Shown: piece after piece, positions 25,118-38,709 of the stretch
Layout: the number at the start of each line of letters is the position of its first letter
How positions within the stretch are numbered: the stretch's first letter is position 1
Assembly (NCBI RefSeq): GCF_009914755.1
Contig: NC_060942.1
Source of the DNA: the human T2T-CHM13v2.0 reference genome, Homo sapiens
Direction: 5' to 3' (one strand)
DNA: 64,000 nt
Notes under the pieces: generated by a model
What the model was told of the DNA's origin: nothing
What the model saw: only the letters and a program-made list of their open reading frames with translations
Database searches by the model: none
Position numbers and translations under genes: made by a program

Positions 25118-28100
25118 AGAGAACCATTGTATAATTCAGGAACAAACACCAATGGATGAAAGAGGGCCGGAAGGAAAGGAGTGACTATCCAGGCTCAGAC
25201 TGTGTTCACATATGATGTTGGCCAAGGAGAAAAGGAAAAGATATAGAGAACAGTTTCTGGTCTTTAAAAAAATCTATCGTCCAGTTGAGACCAGGACATA
25301 GGACAACAGTGAGGAATGCAGGAGCAATGTTATTTCAAAGCCAAAATAAATCTATTCATTGGAACCCACCAAAGGAAAAAAAAAAGGAGGACTTCAAGGT
25401 TTCCCTTTTCATTACATATCTTTAAGACCTAATACTTAAACTCCTTCAAAGCAATTTACTAGGTATTTAAGATATATTTGAATGACAATGAGCTCCAAGG
25501 AAATTTAGCACTCATTTACATAATCAAGTAATCTTTTTGTGTTACTCGAAGGAACACAACTTAGAAGGAGTTCCAAGGTGTATGGAGTCACGGAGTGTTA
25601 ACACTCACCAAGACTGCAGAACTTGCCATTTAGACATTGCAAACAGACAATTTATAAGCTACTTCTAGCCCTCAGGCATTTTTTTTTTGGCTCAAACACT
25701 GTTTGTTTTATTTTGTACATCTCATCAACAATTAAAAATAAAGAGATTTTACATAAAAATATCTATTTCTAAGTTCTCTGAAACAATCAGAAGGGTTCCC
25801 CGTTGTGGACCAGCATTCCAGAGTATCTGCCATCAGCTAAACCGACTCACAGGTGCCCCCTAGAAGAAAGCACCAAAGGCCTGGCTGCTTTAAGTATTCT
25901 GCTTTTTGTAGGCCCACAGCCGGGCAAATCTGCACATTTTACAGGCGAGGAACATCCTGGAAACCAGAGTGACAAGAGACTTGCTCAAAACTGATGGCTT
26001 ACTAGAGGCCAAAATGGCCCCAACTTAATCTCTCAAACCAGATCTCCTGATTTATTGAACTAGGTCATTCTACAATGTGGTTCACCAAAAAAAAAAAGAA
26101 AAATAATTCTATCCCAGGTCTGTTGCTTATCTTTGAGTGACCTTTGGTAAGTCTGCCCAATTTTCCTCATCAACAAAGTTTTAGCATTGCCATGTGCCCT
26201 AATGACTTCATAGTGTTGCAGTTATAATAGAATATTATTTTCAAAAATACTCTCTAGAAAAAAAGGAAAACATAGTAATTTGTAGAAAAGCGAAGTTCGC
26301 CAGAAGCCCTACCTAATTTTAGGTTCTAGACCTAGTTCCTCCACCAGCTGGTTGTATGACCTTTCACATGTTTCTTAAACTCTGGTTTTCCAATTCAAAT
26401 ATTTTATTTTCCACGATCTTTGCAAGATTAATCTCATTCGTCACCTTGTAAAATGTTTTTCTTGAACTAAAATCTTTATGACTTGGGCCAAACCCAATGT
26501 GAATTAAACTAATAGAGAATAAAAATGGACTATTGGGTCAGGTCTACTTTATGCCCTGTCAGAAGCACACTGAGATATTGATAATGCATAGCCATTTGAA
26601 ACCTCAGTGCCTCCCAGCTTGGCACAAAGAGCAGAGATACAGAGCGGAGCTCAGAGAGGAAAAGTAGAGATATAAATGACTGGAGAAGTGCTTCCAGGGA
26701 GCTGAGTCAGCCGAAACAGAGCCTCCTGCTGAGCTCAATGGATCTTTTCTCAGTTGCTTGTAGTGTTGGCTGGAGGCTGCTTGGCAATGCCTGCTGGGAA
26801 GACAATTTTTAGTCCATCGATTCATTGAAGCTGGGCAGTCTGCCCCAGCACTTAGGCACTCAGACAAAAATGCCCTTAATCACTGGCAAACCCAGAGATG
26901 TAGCAGGAGCCAGTGGCTCCATCAGCACCTCAGGTCTGACCAAAAGAGAAGGGTGGTCTAGAAAGCTCAAGGCGTCAGTCTCAGAATTCATAGGATCTAT
27001 GGCTTGACTTTTAAAGCCAAAACTCTAAATAATCCCTGATCTTGAGGACAGAAACATTGTAACTCAAGAGCACTGCACTCTTTCTTTTGCCCTCAGTGAA
27101 ACCAAGAGCAGCTAAGAAGCAGGTTTTTCGGGCTTTACTCACACTGTCCCCTCTGCCAATCTTCCTGATCAACTTAACCCAGGGTGTGCCTCCTCCGGGA
27201 AGTTTTCCCTGACCTCCCTCTTTATGTTAGAATCAGCTCCCTGCCCTGACCTTCTTCAGAACCTCCTTTGTTCACCACTATTATATCACCATCACGGCAT
27301 ACTTGTCTGTTTTTTTTTTCTCCATCTCCTCAATAAGATTGATCTCTTCAGACTGAAGACCCTTGTTAACTATTCATCTCTAGCATCTAACATAGTGCTT
27401 GGCATATGAAACACCCTTGAATTCTTAAATGTTTATGGAGGAAAAGAGGGAGGGAAGGAAGGGAAAAGGAAGGAAAGAAACTTAGGAGGGTAGGCTGAAG
27501 GGACTACTGTGATGAAAGTGAAAGCTGAGGGAGTAAAATGGGACACCTAAGTGGGCTATCAAGGTCCCCAAAAACTGTGCTAACAGCAGACGCAGGTGTC
27601 TGAATAGTCAATACAGTTAAAGGAAAAAAATAATCCTGGAACTGAGAAACGAAAGGAGGATCAGGTGAGATCACTAATGTATAAGTAATTTGAAAATTTG
27701 AAGTGTCCATAAATACAAAGGATTATTACAATTTCCATGTATTATTGTATTATCACAATCACTATGAAGGAATTAGGACCACTTTCTCTCATCAATTCAT
27801 GGTTTCTTTCCCTGTCCCAAACCTGAGATTGTATGACTCAAATAGGAAAACATTGAAAAGGATTATCTGTTCCCTGTTTATGAACATGTCTTTATCTTGT
27901 AAGTAAAATATCTTCATGAACTGAAAATTCCTGCAACACAGAAATTATATCACATTTAAAAAATAATGATGATGATGCGTTAGACAGACCATTGATGGTC
28001 CTCAAAACATTCACTCATGTTGGACTCTTAGGAGAACTTCTGACAGGCCAATCAGCTAGGGCAACCCCAATTTAGATGATCAAACTAAAAATCATTGAGA

Positions 28101-29074
28101 TTAAGTGACTTGATCAAGATTGAGCTTGGTAAGCATCTCAAAGGATCTAAGAACAAAGTAAACGTCCAAAAATATTTACAGAAATGGAGTACCAAAAAGG
28201 ATCTAAAAGATAAACAAGTCCAACTTCCTACATAGCACAGGAAACCCTTCCGACAAACGGGCACACCTAACAACTAACAAGTCATCTAAACATTCTTTAT
28301 TTTCCAGAAACAAAACATTTTTCCATTATCCATTCATCTTAGAGGCAGTTTACTTATTGTAAAAAGAGGATAATAATTAGCACATATTTCTTGGTTTATT
28401 TTAAGGATGAAAATACATGATGTGTATGAACTACTTAGCAATGGCAATTACCAGCACATAGTGGGTATTCAATAAGTGTTAGCTCTTACAATTTTTATTA
28501 GTCTCTTCTTGTGTTTTCTGTGTTTTGTTTTGTTTTGTTTTGTTTTACAGAGCCTCTCCAACCTTTCACATCTTTTTGCTTCAGACTCCATCAGTGTTTC
28601 AGGTGAATAGAGTGAAATCTGTTTATGATTCTCTAAATTATCCTTGGTGGAGTAGAAATTGTTGGTCTTAATTTTTCTGTGTATCATAGAGACTTAGAGA
28701 TGTGATGAATTGACAGCAGCTGAGTCAAAGACAAAGCCTTCTGGGAAAGAAAGATTTTTTTCTTCAGGACTTGAAAGGAGCCTATTTGGCAACTTGCCAT
28801 CTCAACAGCATGACTGTGTGGCATCCAGCATCCTACAAATATAGATGGAATTCCCATAAAACAAAGTTTTACAGTAACAACTAGCTCATTGCTTAGGAAG
28901 CTCTGATTCAAAGAATACTACATTAAGTGTCTTGTTTATGTTAACAAACTTCTTAAGTGAGAAACACCCAGATTGTAGGCAAGACCACTCACTGAAATGT
29001 AGAAAGAAATTACTGGAATTTCAACTTATATAGTAATGTAATCTTTTCCATTTGAATTTTTATCTTTATATAGA

Positions 29075-29225
29075 GTTTTTGTTGTTTGTTTGTTTGTTTG
29101 TTTGTTGTTTGAGTTTGGGTCTCACTATGTTGCCCAGATTGGTTTCAAACTCTTGAGCTCAAGTGATTCTTCTGCCTCAGCTTCCCAAAGTGCTAGGATT
29201 ACAGGTGTGTACCACCACACCCAGC
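29075..29225 (-). mobile_element. Alu monomer (FLAM) with (TTTG)n tail
   Basis: GGGTCTCACTATGTTGCCCAG...GGATTACAGGTGTG. Confidence 0.85.
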
Positions 29226-30253
29226 TTTTATATAGGTTTCTAATACATATATCATTAAAGTTGCACATGAATATGGTTTATGAATAAATGTGCATATATT
29301 TGAGATCTATGATCACAATTTTTACAGCTACGGTATGTGATCAAGGTTTTCAAATCATTGGTTTATATTAATCCTAAGACTAGAAAGTGTTTAAAGCAGT
29401 AGCTAAGTAACAATCTTCACCATTATACATGAGAAAAATAGAAAATATATACCCACTTATAAATTAATATTGTTATTTTCCTCATTTCCTGATTTGATTT
29501 TCCTAAAATTAATTTGATTTTGCTAAAATTAATTCAGTTTCCTAGGTCTCTACTCTGTCTTTATAAAAGCAAATTCATATTTACTATGATCAGTGTAAAA
29601 AGAGTGGGTGGAATATGCTACCAGCATTCAAAAGAAACATTCCTAAGGGCTAATGGAAAACCACAAATCTGACTGGAGGTCTTGACATCCTTTATAGCAG
29701 TAGACCAAATGTTAGCTACATCCGCCAACACTTTCAAAAGTTTTTATGGAACAAACAGAGACAAATACCAAATGCCAAGTAACCAAGTTACAACACCTCA
29801 CTTCCTTTAGGCAGCACTCTCAGAAGCATGGTTCAATTCTCATTTTCAAGTTTGAGTTAACTCTAGACCCACGCCCTGGCCTCCAAAACTGTAGAAAAAA
29901 ATATTGCAAAAGATGTCTTCTTCATGTTCCTCAAGGTAGTTAATCTCACCCAGAGAGTGGCAAGTACTTGGAATCTTCCCGATATTTTTTTCTCCTCCAG
30001 AGTTTTAGTGATGAAAGGTGTTGGGAGAATATAGAATGCTAAGCCCTACAAATCTTGCTGGAGAGATCTCCTAGAGAAATCAGAATCTTTCAAGATTGTT
30101 TTAGAGAAATATGCTACCACTTTGATTCCTTTCTAACAACTCCCCTGTGACCCAGCTGGCCTGACAAACTAAATCATGATACTCTGCAAAACATACCCTT
30201 TCACACATGAATGCCCAAGGCAATGTTTCCTAACCGTTCATGAGTCATAAAAC

Positions 30254-30940
30254 CTATGGCAGAAATCATTCTACATGTTCACCAAAACATTTCATTTTTC
30301 CCTCTGGGCACCAGGAAAACTATTTTTTTTTTAACTTTTTCTAATCTATATGAGGCTATGTGATGGGTTCTGCCCAGTAAAAGGTGGGCAAAATTGATAT
30401 CAGCCACTTCCAGGCCATGCCCTTAAAGTGTCCTACAGAATCATCCCCACTCTATGTCTGTTATCATTAGCTGTCTGGATGCAAAGTATCAAAAAAATGA
30501 CTTTATTTATTTATTTGTGTATCGAGACAAAGTATCACTTTGTCACCCAGGCTGGAATGCTGTAGCGTGATCATGGCTCACTGCAACCTTGACCTCCCGG
30601 GCTCAAGCTATCCTCCCACCTCAGCCTCCCAATAGCTGATACCACAGGTGCATGCCACCACTCCAGGCTAATTTTTGTATTTTTTGTGGAGAGGAGGTTT
30701 CACCACATTACCTAAGCTGGTCTTGAGCTCCTGGGCTCGAGTGATCTGCCTGTCATGGCCTCCCAAAGTGCTGGATTACAGGCATGAGCCACCATGCCCA
30801 GCCCAAATGAAGAACTTGGAGTCCATGGTGAAAGGCAGAACCTTCTCAACTCAACTGAGCTGATCATGAGTGAAAAGCACATCTTTAAGCCACAGAAATT
30901 TTGGGAGTTGTTTGTTGTAGCAGCTAGAAAGGTTAATACA
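30254..30940 (+). mobile_element. Old MaLR LTR (MLT1-type) interrupted by an Alu
   Basis: CCACTTCCAGGCC, AAGCCACAGAAATTTTGGGAGTTGTTTGTTGTAGCAGC...TAATACA. Confidence 0.65.
30501..30803 (-). mobile_element. AluJ-type element
   Basis: GATCATGGCTCACTGCAACCTTGACCTCCCGGGCTCAAG (AluJ diagnostics). Confidence 0.9.
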
Positions 30941-31289
30941 AACTTCTTTGAACAAATGATGAAAGATATGTTTGCTCATAACAGAACAATGCAAATTTGT
31001 CCATACATACAAAAGCTGGTGTGCAGATTCCAGATGCCCATCTGTGAACCTCATGACATTTTTTTATGAGGAGAAATCCTATAGCCAGTGTCAACACAAA
31101 GGTCCCATCTATCTCCAGCAGTGCGTTGAAATTCTTCCACTACCACATCCTTTATTTTGAATATTTTTTATTTTAGGGGTATAATCACAGTATAGTGATT
31201 GATTTGGTAGTTTCCCTCTTATTAGACCCTAAATAATTTGAAACCCATGTTACCTTTTGGTCCACAGTTTTCAGAAGAAACATGGACAG

Positions 31290-31531
31290 GTGAGTGAAGC
31301 ATAGTAGGCAGTGGTCCTAGGTGCCCGTGGAGTCCAGTAATGTAGAAATTCTTTCCTTCCCCTGGAAGAAACTGACTGAGCTGTTAGCTGTTAGTATTGC
31401 ATTGGCTCTTCAGGACTGAGGGTAGCTATGAACTACGAATTTTAACCAACGAGATTTTCTAACTTCAACCGTACCAATAAAACATCATTTTCAATATGGT
31501 TCCTTTATCTATCCCTCTTTTATGTTTCCAG
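31290..31531 (+). other. Candidate 242-nt spliceosomal intron
   Basis: Donor CAG|GTGAGT at 31289/31290; TTCTAAC ~31457; acceptor TCCTTTATCTATCCCTCTTTTATGTTTCCAG|. Confidence 0.4.
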
Positions 31532-32585
31532 ACATGAATGGTTTTTAGGAAGTTGTAGCTGATATGGAGAAACAACTAAAAAGCCACCAAGCTCTTACCA
31601 CTCCTATTACAACCACGCTCTAACATTGATGCTAGCTGTAGCCATACTCACCCCTTACACCACTCTCCCTTCCCCCCACTTCACCCAGCTTGTATTACCA
31701 CTAATGTTTGTGTTGCCATTTCTCTTGTTCCCCTGGCACCTCCAGTTAATAATGGCACCTGGTAGTAAAGGTACTATTACTAGCAATGGCATGCATTTGG
31801 CACAGTTTTAAAAGAGATTTGTAGGATGCGGTCTTGAAATTTTCCGAATGTATAATTTTATTTAAATGATTTGTAGAAATGAATCTGTGTTTACTTCTAT
31901 ATATGCTAGTTTATGAATAATTTAATTATTTACCGGTAATCTGAGTGGCTTTCTTAACCCGCAAACGCAATGGGGCACTACAGACAACCTCACAGTTAGA
32001 ACTCAGTCGTCATGGCTAGGAGCCCAGGCTTTTCCAGAGTTCCCCTCCCTCAAGTCATTCTTGGAATCACTAAAGAGGCTTATCTATGTCGAGAATCCAC
32101 CAGCCAGATCAAGATCATCCACAGCCTTCAGGCCCCAGTGGCTCCCCAGAGTGGCCTCTCTGAGTTGGATGAGGCTCTGGCGCCTGATGCTGCCGGAGGA
32201 CATGTGGGAATGTGCCCAGCCCCAATGCTTCTGGACCTAGTACAGACCTCCTGCACCTTCCAGCCAAAAACCCATGTGGCAACTCCTCTAACGAAAGATC
32301 ACCCTTTCTACTTTATAGCACTTCTGAAGATAGGGGTGGGGAAGCAGTAGATCCCAAAGCAAGAGGCATGAACGCTAAAGTGTAGTGACTTTTAGTGACA
32401 CAGCTCGCAACCCACACACACACCCCACCCCATTTCCCAGAGGGGCGGGTCGCAAGAAACCCCAGCCTCAGCTACCACACTGGATCCAGAATGTTCATTC
32501 CCTAAGACTTTTTCTCAGGAGACTATTCAACCCCTGTGTCTACTCATTCATGCAAATGAACACTTAAGAGAGGAGTGTCACTTAC

Positions 32586-32650
32586 CTCTTTTCTCATTAT
32601 CGGACTCCATGAATGCAGCTAAGGTACCTTGTTAAGTACTTCATTTTACA
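32586..32650 (-). other. Candidate exon ending GAG|GTAAGT; could encode MESDNEKR+1 nt from ATG at 32610
   Basis: Consensus donor, CpG-retaining region with GC box GGGGCGGG (~32442) on its intron side; 5' boundary unknown. Confidence 0.4.
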
Positions 32651-35554
32651 CTTATGTAATAACAAACAATAGACACGAATTGGTTGTACAATAATGAAAA
32701 CTTCTTCAAGCTTCCCACAAAAATGAATTTTATGTTTTTATTGGCCTTCATGTTGTTATTCTCAGGAATATGTGTATGTGGCTATGCTAAAGCATATCAC
32801 TTAGGCCCCATGTGCTGAAGAAGAAATCATCCAAGTGGAGAAGTGGAAAAATAAGTCAGAAAAGAAAATTATTCTTCCAAGTTTGTTCATTGTTATGAAT
32901 ATATTGTTTATTCTTCTCTCTTAATAAATAGAAAATTTGCTTTATATACATCATTATGGTATTCTAACCACCAACAATTTACCTTGCCCATATAAATAGC
33001 CAATTTATAAATTGATACTACTGATACCGCTGGTTTTATTTTTTAATTTCTGAAGAAAAAAGATTTAAACAGGGTATAAAAGTGTCAATCACAAGGCAAC
33101 TTATGTTAGAATTTCATTCACCTTACACAAAATAGTAAGCACAGAATATCAAGAGTTTAGATCATTTTGAATACTACAAAACATAGGTTTTGGATTTTGT
33201 AATCTTATTTAAATTTATAGTTGAAGAACAGTTAATTGTGCCAGAGTATTTATTAATCAACCAGTGGAATAGAATACATTATAAAAGACCTTATGGGTTT
33301 TGATTAGTTTCCAAAAGACTTGAAAAAAACGATGAGAAATTTGTCCACTCCTTAGGTTTTTAAAAATCTAGTTAATATTTACATTGTCATGAAATTTATA
33401 TTTGCATAGTACTCCATAAGTTTTAAAATACTGTCAAATGCATTGTCTCATTTGATTTTTCAACATCTCCGTGAGAAAGTAAAGCCGAATTAATGCCTGG
33501 TTTTAAGACAAGGGAAAAGAGGTATAGGTAAGAGGCAAGAGTCTTGTTGAAATCAACACAAACAGAAAATTAAAATCTAAGAATTCGTTCTACAAAATGT
33601 CAGTCAAGGTCTTTATATTAATCACCTTCTCTAAGTCAGATAAGCTAAACTTGGAATCTGGGTCCAGCTTCCTGGGTAACCTGTGGTAAGTTAGTTATCT
33701 TTCCTAAGTCTCAGCCTCCTCATCCATAAAACAAGAACATTTCTCAAAACCTCATTAAGGTTTTTTTGTGAAGATTTGCATAAGAATGTATATGTAAAAT
33801 TGCCAGATCTTGTGTAAGTGCTTAATAAATATTCATTTTTTCCTTCTCCCCTTTGTTATTTCAAGAAAGTCAGTCACACTGTCACAGTCCCCTTGAATAT
33901 GAATCTCTAAAAATTATTCAATATTCATCTGGAACTAGGAAAAGATTAAGTTGGAAAATCATATTGAGTAGGAAATTCAGTGGGGTAGGATTGTCTGCTG
34001 AATACTCCTGACATTTCTCTGAACCCTCTTCTGCCCAACTCCATGGGACAGCTAGCTTTATATGCAGATTTCCCCAGGAGCAGCCTCTCTTCAAAAATTC
34101 ACCTCCTTCCATCCACCTGGTCATTGATGCCTCATCCTAGTTGACTTGATTGAAAATAGCCTGTGGCTTATCAGTATAGAAAGGAAATTCTTTGGCTTTG
34201 AGCTGGACCCTACACAGCTAGACAGCATTATTTTGGCACTCTAATTCCCAACATTGGGAGCCTTCTGGATATTTCAAAATGCTGTATGGTCAAAGAAGTC
34301 AAAGAATCAGTGTACTGCAGTATAAAGCACTGGCCAAGGCACAGGAGACCTGGGTCAGAGCCTTAATCATCCTCTAAGTGTTGACTCAATAAAGCATTTT
34401 CACCTCTCTGAAACTTCTGTTCTTCATGTATAAAACAAAGAGGGTAAAGACATATTGAACCCCTCTTTCTAATACTGTGAGTTTATGATGTGAAGGGGAT
34501 TTGCAGTTTTTGGTCTAAGAGTGCTGAAGAACAGAATCATACAAAATCCAATACAAGAGCAAAAACGACTTGGGTAATTGAAGGAGGTAAAAGGGATAAT
34601 GACATTTGTTATTTGTCAAGGTGTGAAGCAGAGTCTGAAAGACTTGTCAACAAGCCAACAAGACCATTGGAAGAAGTCCTAGATGAGACTGGTAGACTTG
34701 GGATAAGGAGTGAGGCAGAGAGCATGGGAGAGGAAGGCGGAGGCAAGCAAACCTTTAAAGAAACTTGAGAGCTGCTTGAAGAAACCTAACCATGCAAAGG
34801 ACCAGAAGGCCCCTTCTGCAGAAAAATGTGCTTTGGCCACAACAAAAGGGTTTTGGCTGGCCTGCTTATCCTAAGTCCTTCCTTCCTACCAACCATCTTG
34901 CCAGTGTTGCCAAATTGTTCATCCTAATTCAGAATTTCCTAATGTGTCTGGGGGATCTTATGCAAGGTTTCCCAAATGAGGTTTAACTTGATAGCATTTT
35001 AAGAGATGGGTAGAAGCTCAACCAAGGTGAAGCTGTTGTACTTAAAACAAAAGAAGGAGAAACAGCATCAACTTTATGGATGTCATTCTGAGTGCATTGC
35101 ATGTATTGCATATAATCCTGTTGCATATAATACTGTTGTTCTGGGTACATTGCATATATTGTATATAATCCTCACATCACTACCAAGATGTGATTATTAT
35201 CTCCATCTTACAGATGAGGAGAAAGAGGATCAGAGAAATTAAATAATTTGTCCATAGTTACTCAGCTAGGAAAAAGCCTACACCGAGTCCATTACATGAT
35301 TGCTCTTTTTCCACCACAACTCTCAATACATGCAAAGCCACAGAGTTGCAAAGGAATAAGATTTCTTTGGAAAGCATTGTCTATGCTTTCTCTGTGTGAA
35401 CAGGAGAAGAGGTGTGGCTAGGTGGATGGTGATATTTGCTAGAAGACCACTGAAGTTTTGAAGGGATAGTGGAAGACAGGCAAGTTGATACCTAAGAAGT
35501 CTGGTGGTTTGTATCACAAGAATCTCTGTGACTGCCTCATGCCTCATTAGATTT

Positions 35555-35865
35555 TTTATTTTTTTTTTTGACAGTGTCTTACTCTGTCACCTAAGCTGGA
35601 GTGCACTCTGTCACCCAGGCTGGAGTGTAATCTCGGCTCACTGCAACCTCCACCTCTTGGGTTCAAGCGATTCTCCTGCTTCAGCCTCCCTAGTAGCTGG
35701 GACTACAGGTGCATACCACCACACCAGGCTAATTTTTGTATTTTTAGTAGAGGCGGGGTTTCACCATGTTGGCCAGGCTTATCTCAAACTCCTGGCCTCA
35801 AATGATCCACCCACTTCAGCCTCCCAAAGTGCTGGAATTACAGGCATGAGCTACCATGCCTGACC
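35555..35865 (-). mobile_element. Alu (AluS-type) with internal 24-bp duplication
   Basis: Full antisense Alu; TSD CTCATTAGAT(T/A)TTT. Confidence 0.93.
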
Positions 35866-38358
35866 CTCATTAGATATTTATATAATATTGTCAAAATCAT
35901 TCTTTTTTATTAGCAACTGTATCTAGAACAGGATCAGGACCTCCAAGCTACCTGTTATCTGTGATTAAACCACTTTGGCACCTGCCATTAAGATATTAGG
36001 TCCAGAGGTCTAAAGATGTCAGGCCCATTCTCCAGTGTAAAGGGGTAAGGAATGCAGTTGCAGACACATTTGCTCATCTTACCAATCAGACTGCAGCCAA
36101 TAGATTATTCCTTTTAAAGAAATATTCCTTAGTGGAGACCTCATTGGGAAGCCCTCATACCTGGATGCACTCAAGAGAGTCTTCCTTTCTCTGCTGGAGC
36201 CTTAGACTCATGTTTCTTTCATGTTTTATAAGCCATACCTTCACTTTCTGAACCAAGATAAGCCTGCTGTAATTTTCATTTTTTTCACTGTGCTCTGTAA
36301 AAGAAAATCGGAAGCTTGTGTATAAAAAATAAAATAACAATAATAATAATTATGGGACCAGCTCCACATGACAGCAGCAATAACAGCTTTCAAAATCCTT
36401 TGAGTGTAAAAGTCTTATTTGTTTTATGAGCCAACACATGGAGCTAGTCTTAAAAATAAAAAAAAACATGAAAGGTTTCTTGCAGCTCAGATTTCATAGG
36501 AAAAAAAATTGTATCTTTAATTAAGATTTATGGGCCTCGGTAGGGCCCAGTGAGAGGAGAGAAATGGCTCAAGAGTGTAAAAAATAACAGTTAAAAATGG
36601 GGAAATATGATTCAGGACCTTTAATTCCTCCTGTCTCTTTTGCAGGGCTTCCAGTAGCCCCAGGCAAAAACAGGCACTTATTGTCTTTAAAACAGCATTA
36701 TTCTTGGCATAAAATGTTTATGAATCAAGATGAAACTTGTAAGGAATAATAATGCCAATCTTACTTGAAAGGCTTCTTTTGCTAGAAACAATATTTAGTT
36801 TAATGGGAAAAAAATTTCTTAAGAGAGAGAAAATATGCATATTACTTTCTATATAAGGGAAGATGCCAAAAAGTCGACATCTTGCCTGGTGTTGGTTTAA
36901 CACCTTTCAGTTTTCTTAGTGTTATGTGCTTGATCTCACTGGGTCTTCTCAAGAACTTTGAGAAGTAATAGAGCAGATGCTAGGACCTCTACTTTGAAAA
37001 TGAAGATTCTTTTTCATGATATAAGGTTATAATTGCACAGTCTGGAAATGGACATAAATAGAAGTTTGATTCTAAAGCCAGCACTCCCTCCACTATACCA
37101 TAGTGATATTCCTCTGAGTATATACATGCAGGTTATTTCTATAACATGTATGCATTTTTAAAGTTTCATAAGAAACATTTCTTCAAAAGCATTGAAATAC
37201 AAAATACTATGCATTTCAACACTATAAATATTCAAACTGAACAATAAAGATACTTTGTGCACATTTAAAGTGATTATAAATAAAATATTTTAGATTTGAT
37301 ATAGAAACTGGAATGCACCAAGAGTCCACCTACATCCCTCCTCAACTGCATTTGAGAATCACAAAAATTGAGAGCAAATCATTTCAAAAATACCTGTGGC
37401 CACAGTTGTCCCTTCTATTACATAGACAATTAATTATGCCATCTTATGTTTGTCATTTTATCAAAAAATTATTCTATCTCTTCTTTCTCTACAAAAAGTA
37501 TAAATTACTTTAGGGAAAGGATTGTGTTGTCATCTGTTATTTTTATTCTAGCTAAAGTTGGAAATGCTGTCAGTATTTAATTTGTCAATTAAGTAGGACT
37601 TGCTTTAATTTTTAATTACTTCCTTAATGCTTCAAGGCATGCCCTCTTGATCTTGTGCCTCAATAGTAATACATAAGCCATTCCTTTCATGATTGCATCT
37701 CTTTAATTATTCATAGCTGCTGAGAGGTCCTAACCCATCTTCTCAAATTCAAGTTTCAATCTGGTTCTAGCTCTACCACCCTCAGGACCAGCCTGCCCCT
37801 TCCAATAGGGGAAATTTCTGTGGGTGTCTACATACAGTTCTGGGATTTTGACAACCTTCATTTTGTTCCAAAGACTCACAAATCTGATAATCACTCTTCC
37901 AATAACCTCAACCTTCCAGAAAGAGAAGGGAACCCAAAGAGTAGATGAAAAAGCTTTCCAAAGGACATTCAATGTATTCATTTTGCACCAAAGCAGTCCT
38001 TATGTCCTCACCACTCTCTCAATGAATCATTTTTATGACTTCATAAAATATCCTTATGAAGATAATTCCATAGTCAATGTCTCTAGCCCCAAGACCGTTC
38101 CAAAAGACCAGCCCTAAAGCTACTGCTACCTGTATATCTGACCAGCACTTCAAACTCATTCTATTTAAAATTACATTCATGATTATGGTTCCTAAACTCT
38201 CCTTCCTTATATTGTCCATCAGTACTTGCTTGACTCATTCTCTCTTCCCCCAGAATACCTACACTTCTGTAAATATCCCTTCTACTTTCAATGATCAGCT
38301 TCAATTTCATCTCCTCAATTTAGACTCATGATCCCTTTATCTAAAAAGTGGCCCCAGC

Positions 38359-38554
38359 TTCTTTCAAACTTCTAAAACATATTGTAATTCTAAATGTTAC
38401 CCAAGAATCTTTCCAACCTCTAAAATATATTGTAATTCTAAATGCTACCCAAGTATATTTCCAACTTCTAAAACATATCGTAATTCTAAATGCTACCCAA
38501 GTATCTTTCCAACTTCCAAAATATGTTGTAATTCTAATTGTTATCCAAGTATCT
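38359..38554. repeat. 48-bp x4 tandem repeat (minisatellite)
   Basis: Units at 38359, 38407, 38455, 38503, consensus ATCTTTCCAACTTCTAAAAYATATTGTAATTCTAAATGYTACCCAAGT. Confidence 0.95.
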
Positions 38555-38685
38555 AAACCAGTGATTTGTGCAAAGTCAACATGAATGCCTTTTGTGATAT
38601 ATTTTGCTTCCATTTTGCAAATGATAAAGGAGCTTAAGGAGAGCTATTTCCAAAGTGAGTTGTGCAAGATGAGATCTAGTGAGAT

Positions 38686-38709
38686 ACACACACACACACA
38701 CACACACAC
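38686..38709. repeat. (AC)n microsatellite
   Basis: AC run. Confidence 0.95.

Noticed and set aside
32012-32350. 112-aa ATG-initiated ORF
   Set aside because: No recognisable domain or flanking splice structure; the length is plausible by chance in a GC-richer patch.
38359-38554. Possible CRISPR array
   Set aside because: Units are contiguous with no unique spacers, the context is eukaryotic, and there are no cas genes.
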